Below, one piece after another: positions 27,753 through 37,122 of a stretch of 64,000 nucleotides of DNA. Under the pieces are notes generated by a model. It ran no database searches. It worked only from the letters and a program-made list of their open reading frames with translations, and was not told the origin of the DNA. Origin of the DNA: a virus (taxonomy: Duplodnaviria > Heunggongvirae > Uroviricota > Caudoviricetes); the IMG/VR virus record IMGVR_UViG_2571042206_000004, one strand, 5' to 3'. The translations under genes were made by a program, and so were the position numbers. Each line of letters begins with the position of its first letter. Position 1 is the stretch's first letter.

Positions 27753-28118
27753 ATGCTCAAATCTGAATTAAAAGTCGGACAAACGGTATGTTTGGTGCCA
27801 AGTTTTTATATTGGCAGAAGTTTAACCCCCATCGAAGTTGAAGTGACAAAGATTGCTAGAAAGTACGCCTACACTTCTCATAACCATCACAAAATAATTT
27901 TGACAGATGGCACTCTTTGTACTGAAAAAGACTATACGGGACTTTATTACATCGTATGGAAAAGCAAGGCTGATTACGAAGAGCATGTACGACAGCAGCA
28001 CTTCATTGGCGAAGTTAGGAAGAAATTTGCCAACGCTAAACTCTCCTATTCTGACGCTTTAGAGTTAAATAAATGGTTTGAGGAAAGAAGTGGTGAAAAA
28101 ACTACGACTATCAATTAA
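27753..28118 (+). CDS. hypothetical protein
   Basis: 121-aa ORF. No motif. Confidence 0.4.
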   Translation: MLKSELKVGQTVCLVPSFYIGRSLTPIEVEVTKIARKYAYTSHNHHKIILTDGTLCTEKDYTGLYYIVWKSKADYEEHVRQQHFIGEVRKKFANAKLSYSDALELNKWFEERSGEKTTTIN

Positions 28119-28944
28119 AGATCGCCTGAAGCTTTTGCGAAGAGCGGTAATTGTAGCGTTCATGCCAAACGTCAGACAGGTCAATGTAATTTGGCAAGAA
28201 GAAGTAGGCGACATTAAGCAACACGCCTTCTTTGTGGATGGCATTAACCCAACTGATATGACATTTTTGTACTTCTCTTACGTGGCGGGCAATAGTGACA
28301 CTTTTGAGGATTTAACAAGACGCACCAAGTTTTTGCTTAATAAAATTGCAGTAGCTTATGCGCTCTATAACAAGGTGTCTTCAAAATCTATTCAATACAC
28401 ACCTGAGCCATTTAGACTGGTTAGAAAACTTAACCTTCATTTGCTTGAGCGTAACTTTGACCCTGATTTATACGAGAACATCGTTTTAAATCACGAAGAA
28501 ATCGTCCTGACGGTGTATTTGCATTGCTTAAACGGTAAATTAGTTGGCTATCAACAATACCGCCCAGACTGCAATGATAAGCGAACCAATAACCCAAAAT
28601 TGGCTCGTTACTTCACTTACAAGACTCCTGGTAATATTGCGGTTTGGGGCTTGGAAACATTGGACTACAGCCGAAAGCGTTTATACATAGTTGAAGGTAT
28701 TTTTAAAGCCTCTGCCCTTCACATGCTTGGACATAATGCGGTGGCCCTTTTAACTGGCTCTCCTTCAATAGACATGCTGAATTGGCTCCGTTCATTGCCT
28801 TTTGAGCTATACGCTATTGGTGATAATGACGATACCGGCAAACGCTTAGTTCGTGCGGTGGGTAATGGCACATGTTTTGAAAAAGATGTGGACGAATACT
28901 CATTAGAAGAGTTGGAATCATTATTGGGGTCTTCTCAAATTTAA
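28078..28944 (+). CDS. Toprim-domain protein (primase-like)
   Basis: Toprim Glu (YIVEGIFKASAL) and DxD motif (LYAIGDNDDTGKR). No zinc ribbon seen. Confidence 0.45.
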   Translation: MRKEVVKKLRLSIKDRLKLLRRAVIVAFMPNVRQVNVIWQEEVGDIKQHAFFVDGINPTDMTFLYFSYVAGNSDTFEDLTRRTKFLLNKIAVAYALYNKVSSKSIQYTPEPFRLVRKLNLHLLERNFDPDLYENIVLNHEEIVLTVYLHCLNGKLVGYQQYRPDCNDKRTNNPKLARYFTYKTPGNIAVWGLETLDYSRKRLYIVEGIFKASALHMLGHNAVALLTGSPSIDMLNWLRSLPFELYAIGDNDDTGKRLVRAVGNGTCFEKDVDEYSLEELESLLGSSQI

Positions 28945-28971
28945 TTTCATAATTTTTAATTTATGCTTATA

Positions 28972-29010
28972 ATCAGTCACTACTGACTTATTTTATCGGT
29001 AGTGACTGAT
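28972..29010. repeat. palindromic motif copy (class II) plus inverted partner AGTGACTGAT 19 nt downstream; TATAAT immediately upstream
   Basis: Read directly from the sequence. Confidence 0.7.
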
Positions 29011-29026
29011 TATTTAAGGAATAAAT

Positions 29027-29518
29027 ATGACTGCATATACAGCACAACAAATAGTGAAGTTTTTAATTTTAGAAGAAGCGATTCAGCTCTATGACGAATT
29101 TCACGAAGCTTCAATCCGTCTTCTGAATGAAGCAAACGCCACAGACACTCCCTTGCCAGAAGATGCTGAGCCAGATGAAATTTTGGCATTAATAAATTCC
29201 TCAAACGTAGATTCAATCTATGACACCATTTACGCAGAGATTGAAGGCGGAGAGGATGAAGACGCAATAGAGCGGGCTGAAACTGCTCGCGAAATTATTC
29301 GTACATGTGGCGATTTACACGATTACATACCGACGGTAAATACATCGCCTGAACTTGATGTAACAACGCGTGCAATCGAGCTTAATGGACAGTGGGTTTG
29401 CTGGGATGTTGATTTAGATGACGAAGAGTCTGAATGGATGCACACTGCCCGTTTAGCAAAAATGGACGAAGCAACAGGTAAACTTGTTCTTATTGAAGGA
29501 GAGGACAATGCTGCATAA
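29027..29518 (+). CDS. hypothetical acidic protein
   Basis: 163 aa, strongly acidic (D/E-rich). Confidence 0.45.
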   Translation: MTAYTAQQIVKFLILEEAIQLYDEFHEASIRLLNEANATDTPLPEDAEPDEILALINSSNVDSIYDTIYAEIEGGEDEDAIERAETAREIIRTCGDLHDYIPTVNTSPELDVTTRAIELNGQWVCWDVDLDDEESEWMHTARLAKMDEATGKLVLIEGEDNAA

Positions 29519-29966
29519 GTGCCCTAATGCTGGTTGCTCAAAAACCTTCTTTTTCAAACGCAACATGACTTGTTCAAACTGTGACGGAAGTAAACGTTCG
29601 CAACGTCTGCATACTGCTCCTGCGTCATCAACACGCCATACAAGCAACGGCCTGTCTCCTGAAGCCTTGTATGCACAGCAAAACGCTATGCAGTTAAATC
29701 AAACACTCATGGCCCTAGAAAGCTCTGACAGCTCGAAAGAGTGCAAATCAAGCGATGACAGTCATATTCGCCGTAATCAATGTGAAGACACCCCTACCCG
29801 CATAGAGCCGTCATATACGCACTCTCATAGCCATAGTAGCCATGATTATAGTGGTGGTTCTTCCTCTTCGTCGTCTAGCGACAGTTGGAGTTCTTCATCG
29901 TACAGCTCAGACGGCGGCTCATCGTATGACAGTAGCAGTTCATCATCTTCGGATAGCAGCTGGTAG
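29484..29966 (+). CDS. zinc-ribbon protein with Ser-rich low-complexity C-terminus
   Basis: CPNAGC…CSNC N-terminal ribbon. C-terminal SSSSSSDSWSSSSYSSDGGSSYDSSSSSSSDSSW. Confidence 0.4.
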   Translation: MFLLKERTMLHKCPNAGCSKTFFFKRNMTCSNCDGSKRSQRLHTAPASSTRHTSNGLSPEALYAQQNAMQLNQTLMALESSDSSKECKSSDDSHIRRNQCEDTPTRIEPSYTHSHSHSSHDYSGGSSSSSSSDSWSSSSYSSDGGSSYDSSSSSSSDSSW

Positions 29967-29971
29967 ATAAT

Positions 29972-30310
29972 ATGCACACTACCGCAATGAAGCTTGATTG
30001 GTATTGGACCCAACCAAAAGAAAAAATTAGTCGTTTAGTTGCGTCTCAAGCGATTAAATATTTAACAGAACATAGCTTTAACAGTGATGATGCTAAGTTT
30101 TACTTTCGCGAATTTCGCGATGGGTTCTATTACGATGCTCAAAATGATCTTTGGATGCTTGAGTTTGCGGGTAAAACAAAGTGTTTGACGGACGGCGATT
30201 GGGTTTTCCTTTCGTCAAACACCAATGTCATACACGAGAATCCCGAAGCACTTCCTCTTAGAGAGGTTGAGCGCATTGCTCTGCGGATGATTACGATCGC
30301 AACTGATTAA
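29972..30310 (+). CDS. hypothetical protein
   Basis: 112-aa ORF. Confidence 0.4.
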   Translation: MHTTAMKLDWYWTQPKEKISRLVASQAIKYLTEHSFNSDDAKFYFREFRDGFYYDAQNDLWMLEFAGKTKCLTDGDWVFLSSNTNVIHENPEALPLREVERIALRMITIATD

Positions 30311-30354
30311 ATAATGTTTGGTTAATTGTTTTTGTGAAAAATATTTGCCATTAA

Positions 30355-30373
30355 ATCAGTCAGTACTGACTAT
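30355..30373. repeat. palindromic motif copy (class I) followed by TATACT
   Basis: Read directly from the sequence. Confidence 0.75.
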
Positions 30374-30462
30374 ACTTTTCGCCATAAAAGCACACAAGGG
30401 AACGCTACAACCGTTTAGCGGTGCTTTTATGAAGTTCAAAATTAATTTTAGGAATACAAAAG

Positions 30463-31179
30463 ATGTGCCTTCACTGTTTTGCAAAGGAAATTGAAAAATC
30501 TGGAATGGGCCAAGTGGTAGTTTTAGAAATGACCAAAGATGGTTTACGACCAGCTGAACTCAATCCTTCTACTGATAAAGCCGCGACAACTGAAACTAAA
30601 GCAGCTGCAAATCAATTTTTTGTTTCGAATGCTAACCTCGCTGCTGGCCCTGTGGGTGGAGCTGGAGTGCAAATTACAGATAGTGGGGTAATTTCAAGTT
30701 TAGGTCTTCTAGGCAAAGCAACAAAAGCTGAAGGCAAAATTAGTACAGCGGGAGCAAATCAAGCACTTCCAAAACATGCAAATTTTGTGGCTTCAGGTGG
30801 TAACAAAATCCAAGCGGTAAACATCAATACGTTAGATCAAGCATATACAGCGAGCGAAAAAATGCATCGCTTTGTAGTGCCAAATCTTGATGAGTTATTA
30901 CTTCGCACGCAACAAAGCGTGGGCGTTTTGAGCGGTTTAAGCGTAGCTTTAAACAACGGCGACGAAAACAAATACTCGGAAGCTGAATATATCAAAGAGT
31001 TAATTAAGTTGACCGCTCTGAATTTCATGGCCCTTCAGGAACGCGGTGTTGCTTTGGAAGATGTTGTTAAGCAAATCACTCAAACTTTTGAAGACATGGG
31101 CACCCAAACCCTTCGTGATGAAGTGACCAACTTTCTTAAAGAACGTGGTTTCGGCACTGATCTGAAGGCAGGAGCTTAA
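30463..31179 (+). CDS. hypothetical protein
   Basis: 238-aa ORF preceded by a palindromic motif. Confidence 0.45.
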   Translation: MCLHCFAKEIEKSGMGQVVVLEMTKDGLRPAELNPSTDKAATTETKAAANQFFVSNANLAAGPVGGAGVQITDSGVISSLGLLGKATKAEGKISTAGANQALPKHANFVASGGNKIQAVNINTLDQAYTASEKMHRFVVPNLDELLLRTQQSVGVLSGLSVALNNGDENKYSEAEYIKELIKLTALNFMALQERGVALEDVVKQITQTFEDMGTQTLRDEVTNFLKERGFGTDLKAGA

Positions 31180-31181
31180 AA

Positions 31182-31415
31182 ATGCCACGTATTACGGTAC
31201 ATCAAGCATCTGACGGCACACTTCACCGCACTTACGATGAATATGTAAAGCATGAAGAAGCTCTCCGTATTAACCATGCGTATGTCGAGTCTGAATTGCC
31301 TGCTTTCATTGATGATGTGGATGTTAAATCGTTCATTCTTGCTAACAAGAATGAAATCGAAAAGATCATCCTCAAATCCAAAGTTAAACGCAAAGCTCAG
31401 CCTAAGAAGAAATGA
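31182..31415 (+). CDS. hypothetical protein
   Basis: 77-aa basic C-terminus. Confidence 0.35.
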   Translation: MPRITVHQASDGTLHRTYDEYVKHEEALRINHAYVESELPAFIDDVDVKSFILANKNEIEKIILKSKVKRKAQPKKK

Positions 31416-31594
31416 TCTCAATTCTCTTCAAAACACTTTTAATCATCCTTGTCGTTGTTGCGTTTGTGACAGCGGCATTTAACACAAAAATTCGCAAATT
31501 GGCGTTTAGTCACTTGAACAAGTACAGATGGCAAATCTTAGTCGTTATCACTGTACTTTTGGCTATTTACGTTTATGCGACTATAGGAACTTAA
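31412..31594 (+). CDS. small two-TM membrane protein
   Basis: ILVVVAFVTAAF and ILVVITVLLAIYVYATI. Confidence 0.35.
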   Translation: MISILFKTLLIILVVVAFVTAAFNTKIRKLAFSHLNKYRWQILVVITVLLAIYVYATIGT

Positions 31595-31595
31595 C

Positions 31596-32417
31596 ATGAA
31601 GTTAAAAAGCTCAATCCTTATAGCTCTCACTGTCGGCATGACAATGGCTTTTACTGGTTGTTCAAAGGTTGAAACTGGTCACGTAGGTGTTGAATCGGTT
31701 TTCGGCAAAATGAAAATGGACGAATTGGCTCCGGGTGTGTATCAAACCATCACTCGTGACCTAAAGGTAATTAGCGTCCGTGAAACTACCGTTCCACTTG
31801 AAAACATTCACCCGAAGACGAAAGATAATGTATCGATGCAAGAAGTCGATATGGACATTCGTTACATGATTCAGCCAAATAAAGTCGCTGACACACTTTC
31901 TAAACTAGCTGGTGACTTGGGGGCAAATAAAGACGGCGACACAGTGGTGGGCGAACGCTTTGTTAAACGCCATGCACTTGAAGCGGTTTTCAAAGCAACG
32001 GCAAAATATGATTCCAGCGAAATTCATCTAAAGCGTGATGAAATCGCGGCTGATGTTGTAGCTTCATTACAGAAGTCTTTAGATAAAGAAATGCCCAATA
32101 CATTTACCATTGCTGGTGCTTCTGTCCGCGCTCTTGTTACTGACGAAAAATTGGAACAAGCAATTACTCGTGCCGCTCAAATTGAATTTGATATATCACG
32201 TAAAAAAGAAGAGCAACACCTTGCAGATGCTCAAGCCCAAGTTACTTTAACCAAAGCTCGTGCTGAAGCTGAAGCCAACCGTATTGTTGGTGCGTCACTC
32301 ACGCCAATGCTAATCAAAAAGATGGAAATTGAAGCACAACAAGCCTTTGCTCAACAAGGCACTCACACTGTTTTACTCCCTTCAAATAGCGCAACTCCAC
32401 TCGTAAACGTTAAGTAA
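31596..32417 (+). CDS. SPFH/band-7-like lipoprotein
   Basis: Lipoprotein signal peptide with lipobox FTGC. SPFH-like core VESVFGKM…PGVYQ plus a C-terminal Ala/Glu coiled coil. Confidence 0.45.
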   Translation: MKLKSSILIALTVGMTMAFTGCSKVETGHVGVESVFGKMKMDELAPGVYQTITRDLKVISVRETTVPLENIHPKTKDNVSMQEVDMDIRYMIQPNKVADTLSKLAGDLGANKDGDTVVGERFVKRHALEAVFKATAKYDSSEIHLKRDEIAADVVASLQKSLDKEMPNTFTIAGASVRALVTDEKLEQAITRAAQIEFDISRKKEEQHLADAQAQVTLTKARAEAEANRIVGASLTPMLIKKMEIEAQQAFAQQGTHTVLLPSNSATPLVNVK

Positions 32418-32449
32418 TAGCTGATAAGCCAGTATTGATGTTTTACAAT

Positions 32450-32480
32450 TCAGTCAGAGATCAGTCATCACTGACTGAAT
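32450..32480. repeat. compound copy: TTCAGTCAG-N13-CTGACTGAA with an internal TCAGTCA
   Basis: Read directly from the sequence. Confidence 0.65.
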
Positions 32481-32512
32481 CAATAAACCATTAAGCAATA
32501 GGCGGTTATGCA

Positions 32513-32788
32513 ATGAAAAATATAGCAAGAAGTCACTTAGAAATGCTTCAGGAAACCGAAGTTTGGTTTGAAGACACTTTAAATCGCTTAACTGGCATTG
32601 TTCAAAGCGAAGAAGGTCAAGAGCCAAAGCATATTATTCTCAACACCGGCAAAGAGAAGATTTTGCTTGATAATCCAGATGAAATTCGAATAGCTCAAAA
32701 CACTATCAAGGCAGTTATCAACACTTTGCAGTTTACTTTCCCTTATTCAACTAAAAATACGATTACTGAGGAAGGCGTTTCAGAATGA
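32513..32788 (+). CDS. hypothetical protein
   Basis: 91-aa ORF preceded by a compound palindromic motif. Confidence 0.4.
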   Translation: MKNIARSHLEMLQETEVWFEDTLNRLTGIVQSEEGQEPKHIILNTGKEKILLDNPDEIRIAQNTIKAVINTLQFTFPYSTKNTITEEGVSE

Positions 32789-33318
32789 TTTTACGTGGTT
32801 TTGATACCGAGACTACAGGTTTAGAGCAAGCCGACGGTCATCGCATTATTGAAGTTGCAATTTTGTCTTATGACTCAGACACAAGACAGCTCGTTGATAA
32901 ATACGTACAACGCATCGATCCAGAACGACCGATCGACCCCAAAGCTCAGGCTGTTCACGGAATTGATTATAGCCAGCTTTTAGGTTGCCCTAAATGGGAA
33001 CAAGTTGCGCCAACTGTGCATCACCTTTTAAGCACAGCTGACGTAGTAATTGCTCATAACATTGACTTTGATATGCCCTTTACGCAAGCAGAGCTTAGAC
33101 GCGTTGGATCCTTATTACCGCCTGTTCGTCAGTTCTGTACGATGGAAAATGGTCGATGGGCTACTTTTGATGGAAAATCACCGAAATTGGGCGAACTTTG
33201 TTTTGCGCTCAATATTGATTATGACCCCAATGCAGCTCACGCAGCCGACTATGACGTCGATGTAATGATGCAGTGTTTCTTTGCAGGCTTAGATCGCGGT
33301 TTTTATAAGATTGTGTGA
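32785..33318 (+). CDS. dnaQ: DnaQ-like 3'-5' exonuclease (DEDDh)
   Basis: Exo I FDTETTGL, Exo II HNIDFDMPF, Exo III HAADYDVD. Confidence 0.8.
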   Translation: MILRGFDTETTGLEQADGHRIIEVAILSYDSDTRQLVDKYVQRIDPERPIDPKAQAVHGIDYSQLLGCPKWEQVAPTVHHLLSTADVVIAHNIDFDMPFTQAELRRVGSLLPPVRQFCTMENGRWATFDGKSPKLGELCFALNIDYDPNAAHAADYDVDVMMQCFFAGLDRGFYKIV

Positions 33319-33472
33319 TCTGGCCCAATAGCCACAAGTTAAATTTCAAGTCACGAAGGAATCATTGTAATATATGTCCAAGTCCTTGAAATTTAACCTG
33401 TGATTATGACGCTTAAAGATTATATTTAAACACCTTGTAGGCGAAGAAGAATTTAAAAGCCTCTTATCAGAA

Positions 33473-33748
33473 GTGCAAGAAAACATATCAATCGAAACAA
33501 AGAGCTTTAGAAACACTAAGCGCATTTCATACGGATGTTTGATTATTGGGTTTCTTTGTTTGTTTTTCCCGCCTTTCTGGATAGGCGCGGTGGTTTTGCT
33601 TGTAATCGGCATGGCTACTCATATGATAAAGGCTGAAGTTCAAAAGAAGCTGGATATATTTAACGAAGTTTGGTTTTTCCTAACCGAAGACCTTGAAAGT
33701 TCTACTGAGAATTTTGAACGATACAAATATTTGATTGACCAATTGTAA
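33473..33748 (+). CDS. hypothetical membrane protein
   Basis: TM segment LIIGFLCLFFPPFWIGAVVLLVIGM. Confidence 0.35.
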   Translation: MQENISIETKSFRNTKRISYGCLIIGFLCLFFPPFWIGAVVLLVIGMATHMIKAEVQKKLDIFNEVWFFLTEDLESSTENFERYKYLIDQL

Positions 33749-33930
33749 CTTGACCCTAGCGATTCATGCGGTTATATTTATCCAATGAGTTGTAAAACTC
33801 TCTTTATCTTGTTTGTTTGTTTCGAGCCTATCGAAAGATAGGAAAACGATGAGATAACTTAGTTAAGTTGGGGGAAAGGCAATTGGAAAAATCTAATTGC
33901 TTTTTCTTTATCGGCTGACAAATCATAGGA

Positions 33931-34188
33931 TTGAACATGGATAACCTTGATTCTGAAGCCTCTCGCATGTCGCCCGAAGAGTTAAAACAGGCAGGTGAGA
34001 TACTTTACGGCACTCAATGGCAAACAGAATTGGCTCGCGCGATTGATGTGGACTCAAGCAGAGTAAGACAATGGATGGCGGAAGAACGCCCTATTCCAAT
34101 AAGTTTGCGTAGTAAAATAATTCTGCTATTAATGGAAAAGAGTAGAAAATCAGTTGCATATGCAGATTATTTAGATCATCAATTTTGA
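33931..34188 (+). CDS. small HTH (XRE/Cro-like) DNA-binding protein
   Basis: WQTELARAIDVDSSRVRQWMAEERPIP, a helix-turn-helix. Confidence 0.45.
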   Translation: MNMDNLDSEASRMSPEELKQAGEILYGTQWQTELARAIDVDSSRVRQWMAEERPIPISLRSKIILLLMEKSRKSVAYADYLDHQF

Positions 34189-34276
34189 AATTTCCAGACT
34201 GGCAAATAACCCCCTCGCGTTTAGTCTCCAACTAAAAAAGTATCTAATAGATTGAATTTGTTAAGTCTAAGAGAAT

Positions 34277-34987
34277 ATGAACATTTTTATTTTAAACGAT
34301 CAAAGCGTGAAGACGGTTAGAAACACTCATAGCGCACTCAAAGGGAAAAAATTGATTGCGCGTGGACAGTTCTCAGGTGTCTACGAAAGCGGTAATTCAG
34401 ATACGGTTTTAAAACTAAGTATTGACGCTATGGGTTATGAGTCATTGTTTGGCCCCTACTCTCTATCTCGCGAGAGTAATCATTTCACTCGGCCTATCCG
34501 GGACTTTGGCAAAGTGGGTGAATTTATTGTTGGCAAAAACATTAGCAAGACTGCTATTACTCAACCCAAAACCATGCCTGTACCGATGTACTTGTATGAG
34601 GTTGAACGACTTCATAAGCTACCTGTTAAGGGGCCTAATCGCTCATTGGTGAATCGTATTTGTAAAAAATTACGCATTCTAAATGGTTGTAGCTTTATTG
34701 ATGACCGCCATGAGCGAAATATCACTTGCTTAATGGATTTGGCGTTTGATGACCATTTAAAAGATCACCCATCGCTTAGCATGAGTTTTTTAACAATGGC
34801 TAAATTTTTGAAGCAAAATTCCGATGCATTTCCCGACCTCCACACGGGTAATTTCATGCAACGTCAAGATGGAACGCTAGTGATCTCAGATCCAGTAGGC
34901 TCAACAAGCATTTACGAATGCTGTAATACGTTTAAGCCCGTTTCATATGATGCTCCACTTAAAAACGAAGAGTTGAATTGCGCTTAG
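34277..34987 (+). CDS. protein-kinase-like / APH-family phosphotransferase fold protein
   Basis: Gly-loop ARGQFSGVY plus VLKL Lys, a catalytic-loop-like DLHTGNFM, and DGTLVISDP (DFG/IDFG-like). Confidence 0.4.
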   Translation: MNIFILNDQSVKTVRNTHSALKGKKLIARGQFSGVYESGNSDTVLKLSIDAMGYESLFGPYSLSRESNHFTRPIRDFGKVGEFIVGKNISKTAITQPKTMPVPMYLYEVERLHKLPVKGPNRSLVNRICKKLRILNGCSFIDDRHERNITCLMDLAFDDHLKDHPSLSMSFLTMAKFLKQNSDAFPDLHTGNFMQRQDGTLVISDPVGSTSIYECCNTFKPVSYDAPLKNEELNCA

Positions 34988-35090
34988 TAAGTTGACCAAA
35001 TCTTGCTCAAGGCGACCTTTGCAGCTCGCCATCAAAATCTATTTTTTGTCCAACGGCGGTTAGTCATAATTCATTCATCGAAACAACGCA

Positions 35091-36044
35091 ATGAATGAGG
35101 TAAACATGACAGCTCAAGCAAACATTCAACAAGATGAAGTTTTTCTTGAACAGCTTTTTGATGAAACAACTGATTTAACTGATTTAATCAATGTTCTTGA
35201 TGGTCAAGGTTCTACAGCTCAAGCGACCGAAGCAAGCATAGACGACGCTGCTTTATCCATTGAAGATCTTCAATTAGATGCATCTTTAGTTGAAGAGGTT
35301 GCCACACAAACAGAAGTTAAAACTGAACAAGTAGCGACTGAACCACAAGATACTCTCGAAGGTCTGATTGAAGATACTGATTTTGATGCATCCGCACTCG
35401 ACTTATCTTTAGCGGTTACAGAAGTTTCCACTGAAGAGAAGAAGGTCGAAAAGAAGTCTAAAAAGACTAAAAAAGAGACTGAAGCCGCTAAAAATCAAGA
35501 GAATCAGCGCGAAGCTTCACCGTCTACTTATCGAACAACATATCAAAATAGCAAAGTATCGGCTGTTTTGTTGTCTCGATTAGGCGACGATGCTTATGAC
35601 CACCTTCTACTTGAAGTTGAAGATGCTGAATTACTTGAAAAAGATCCAGAAGCTTTAAAAGCTAGACAGCAAGAATTGTTAAACATTCTTAATGCGCGTC
35701 CGGGTTCAGGTTCGTCTATTACGACTCAAAAGAAGGTTGCTGAAAAAATCGTTCAACTCTTCACATGGTTGAAGAATGGCGGTGAATTAAATGTTGTTAT
35801 GCATCGTACTTTTGGCGTTTTGTTGAAAGACGGTTATATCACAACAAAGAAAACGGGTAACTTGTATTCAAATCTTCTTGCAAAGCCTTACTCTCCTGGT
35901 ACTGCAAGCGCACAGAGCGGTCAGATGATGCAAATGTTACCGATGCTCAAAATTGCCTTGAAAGATGAACAGGGTCGCTTAGTGCCTAATCCAAACTCTC
36001 TTCTTTTGATGAAGATCAAAAGCGAATTATTTCCAGAGCTTTAA
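35091..36044 (+). CDS. hypothetical acidic protein
   Basis: 317 aa; N-terminal half very acidic with low complexity. Confidence 0.45.
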   Translation: MNEVNMTAQANIQQDEVFLEQLFDETTDLTDLINVLDGQGSTAQATEASIDDAALSIEDLQLDASLVEEVATQTEVKTEQVATEPQDTLEGLIEDTDFDASALDLSLAVTEVSTEEKKVEKKSKKTKKETEAAKNQENQREASPSTYRTTYQNSKVSAVLLSRLGDDAYDHLLLEVEDAELLEKDPEALKARQQELLNILNARPGSGSSITTQKKVAEKIVQLFTWLKNGGELNVVMHRTFGVLLKDGYITTKKTGNLYSNLLAKPYSPGTASAQSGQMMQMLPMLKIALKDEQGRLVPNPNSLLLMKIKSELFPEL

Positions 36045-36047
36045 TCA

Positions 36048-36437
36048 GTGATGATTAGGAGGGTTCGCCTTCCTCAAATTCGGGTGCCAATTATGAATTT
36101 AAGTGTTTTGAAGAAATTATCTACAGAGGCCCTTTTCCAACTTCAAGAAGGGGTAAAGCAAGAAATAGAATCTCGTATAGATTACAGTATTGAAGTTGGG
36201 CGATATGCAACTTTTGTTGATTCCCGAAAGGGCGTCAATCGACGAGTTCGCATCACCAAAATAAACACCAAAACAGCAACGGTAGTTGAAACGAGCGATA
36301 GTGCCAATCCGGGTCTTGAGTGGCGCGTAAGTTTTGACTTTTTAAATGTAGAGGGCGTTCAAAGAAAGAACCCTATAACAACCTCTAAAGTCGAAGCGCC
36401 AAAGAAAATGGTCACAAACACAAAGAATGCATGGTAA
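36048..36437 (+). CDS. hypothetical protein
   Basis: 129-aa ORF followed by a terminator. Confidence 0.4.
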   Translation: MMIRRVRLPQIRVPIMNLSVLKKLSTEALFQLQEGVKQEIESRIDYSIEVGRYATFVDSRKGVNRRVRITKINTKTATVVETSDSANPGLEWRVSFDFLNVEGVQRKNPITTSKVEAPKKMVTNTKNAW

Positions 36438-36461
36438 AGGGCAATTAAATTGCCCTTTTTA
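36437..36461 (+). terminator. intrinsic terminator
   Basis: AAGGGCAAT-TAA-ATTGCCCTT followed by TTTAA. Confidence 0.65.
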
Positions 36462-36573
36462 ATGCGCGTATTTTCTCGTATATCGCGTTTGTTCGTCACG
36501 GTTAATAAATTACACCCTTTTTATCTAAAAGCGCTTAAAACGCATTTTTTTATAAATAATCACAATTCCAATT

Positions 36574-36592
36574 GATCAGTCAGTACTGACTG
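36574..36592. repeat. palindromic motif copy (class I), TATAAT 3 nt downstream
   Basis: Read directly from the sequence. Confidence 0.75.
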
Positions 36593-36648
36593 TTTATAAT
36601 CCGCGATGTATTTTATATATTTATCTCACCGTATTAAGAGATAAGCGC

Positions 36649-37056
36649 ATGAACATATGTATAGATCAGTCACTATTTAGTGATTTTAATGACTCTCATA
36701 TTATTTATTCTGCAATGACTCCGCGTGAAGAGTTTCGTCTTAACGGATGCTTATGCCTCGCAACTCAACAAAAGCTTATTGAGCGGGTTGAAGACTTAGA
36801 AGACGAAGTAATCGATAAAGACGCGATTGAAGGCTACTTAGGCGAAATCAAAGGAAATTTAATCGATTCGAGCGATTTGAAACGTCTTTCAGAAGAGCTT
36901 TTTGCACTGCAAGGACACTTGCGCGGAGAAAACCGCAAACGAATGGCTGAAGTAATGGAAGCATTCACTCACCTACGTCATGCGGTTGAAGGTCAAAGCG
37001 AATATGCATGCGAGCAAATCAAACATGTGGTCGAGGAATTAAAGCTGGCAAAGTGA
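36649..37056 (+). CDS. hypothetical protein
   Basis: 135-aa ORF after a palindromic motif and a TATAAT. Confidence 0.4.
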   Translation: MNICIDQSLFSDFNDSHIIYSAMTPREEFRLNGCLCLATQQKLIERVEDLEDEVIDKDAIEGYLGEIKGNLIDSSDLKRLSEELFALQGHLRGENRKRMAEVMEAFTHLRHAVEGQSEYACEQIKHVVEELKLAK

Positions 37057-37122
37057 GACGCCAGCATTTAACCCCAAAATTATTTATCTATCATACATTT
37101 AACTTAACAGAGAGTCGCAACC

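Noticed and set aside
33346-33612. Minus-strand 88-aa ORF between dnaQ-like and the membrane ORF
   Set aside because: It overlaps the 13-bp inverted repeat and the start of the + strand ORF 33473. Low-complexity translation with no motif.
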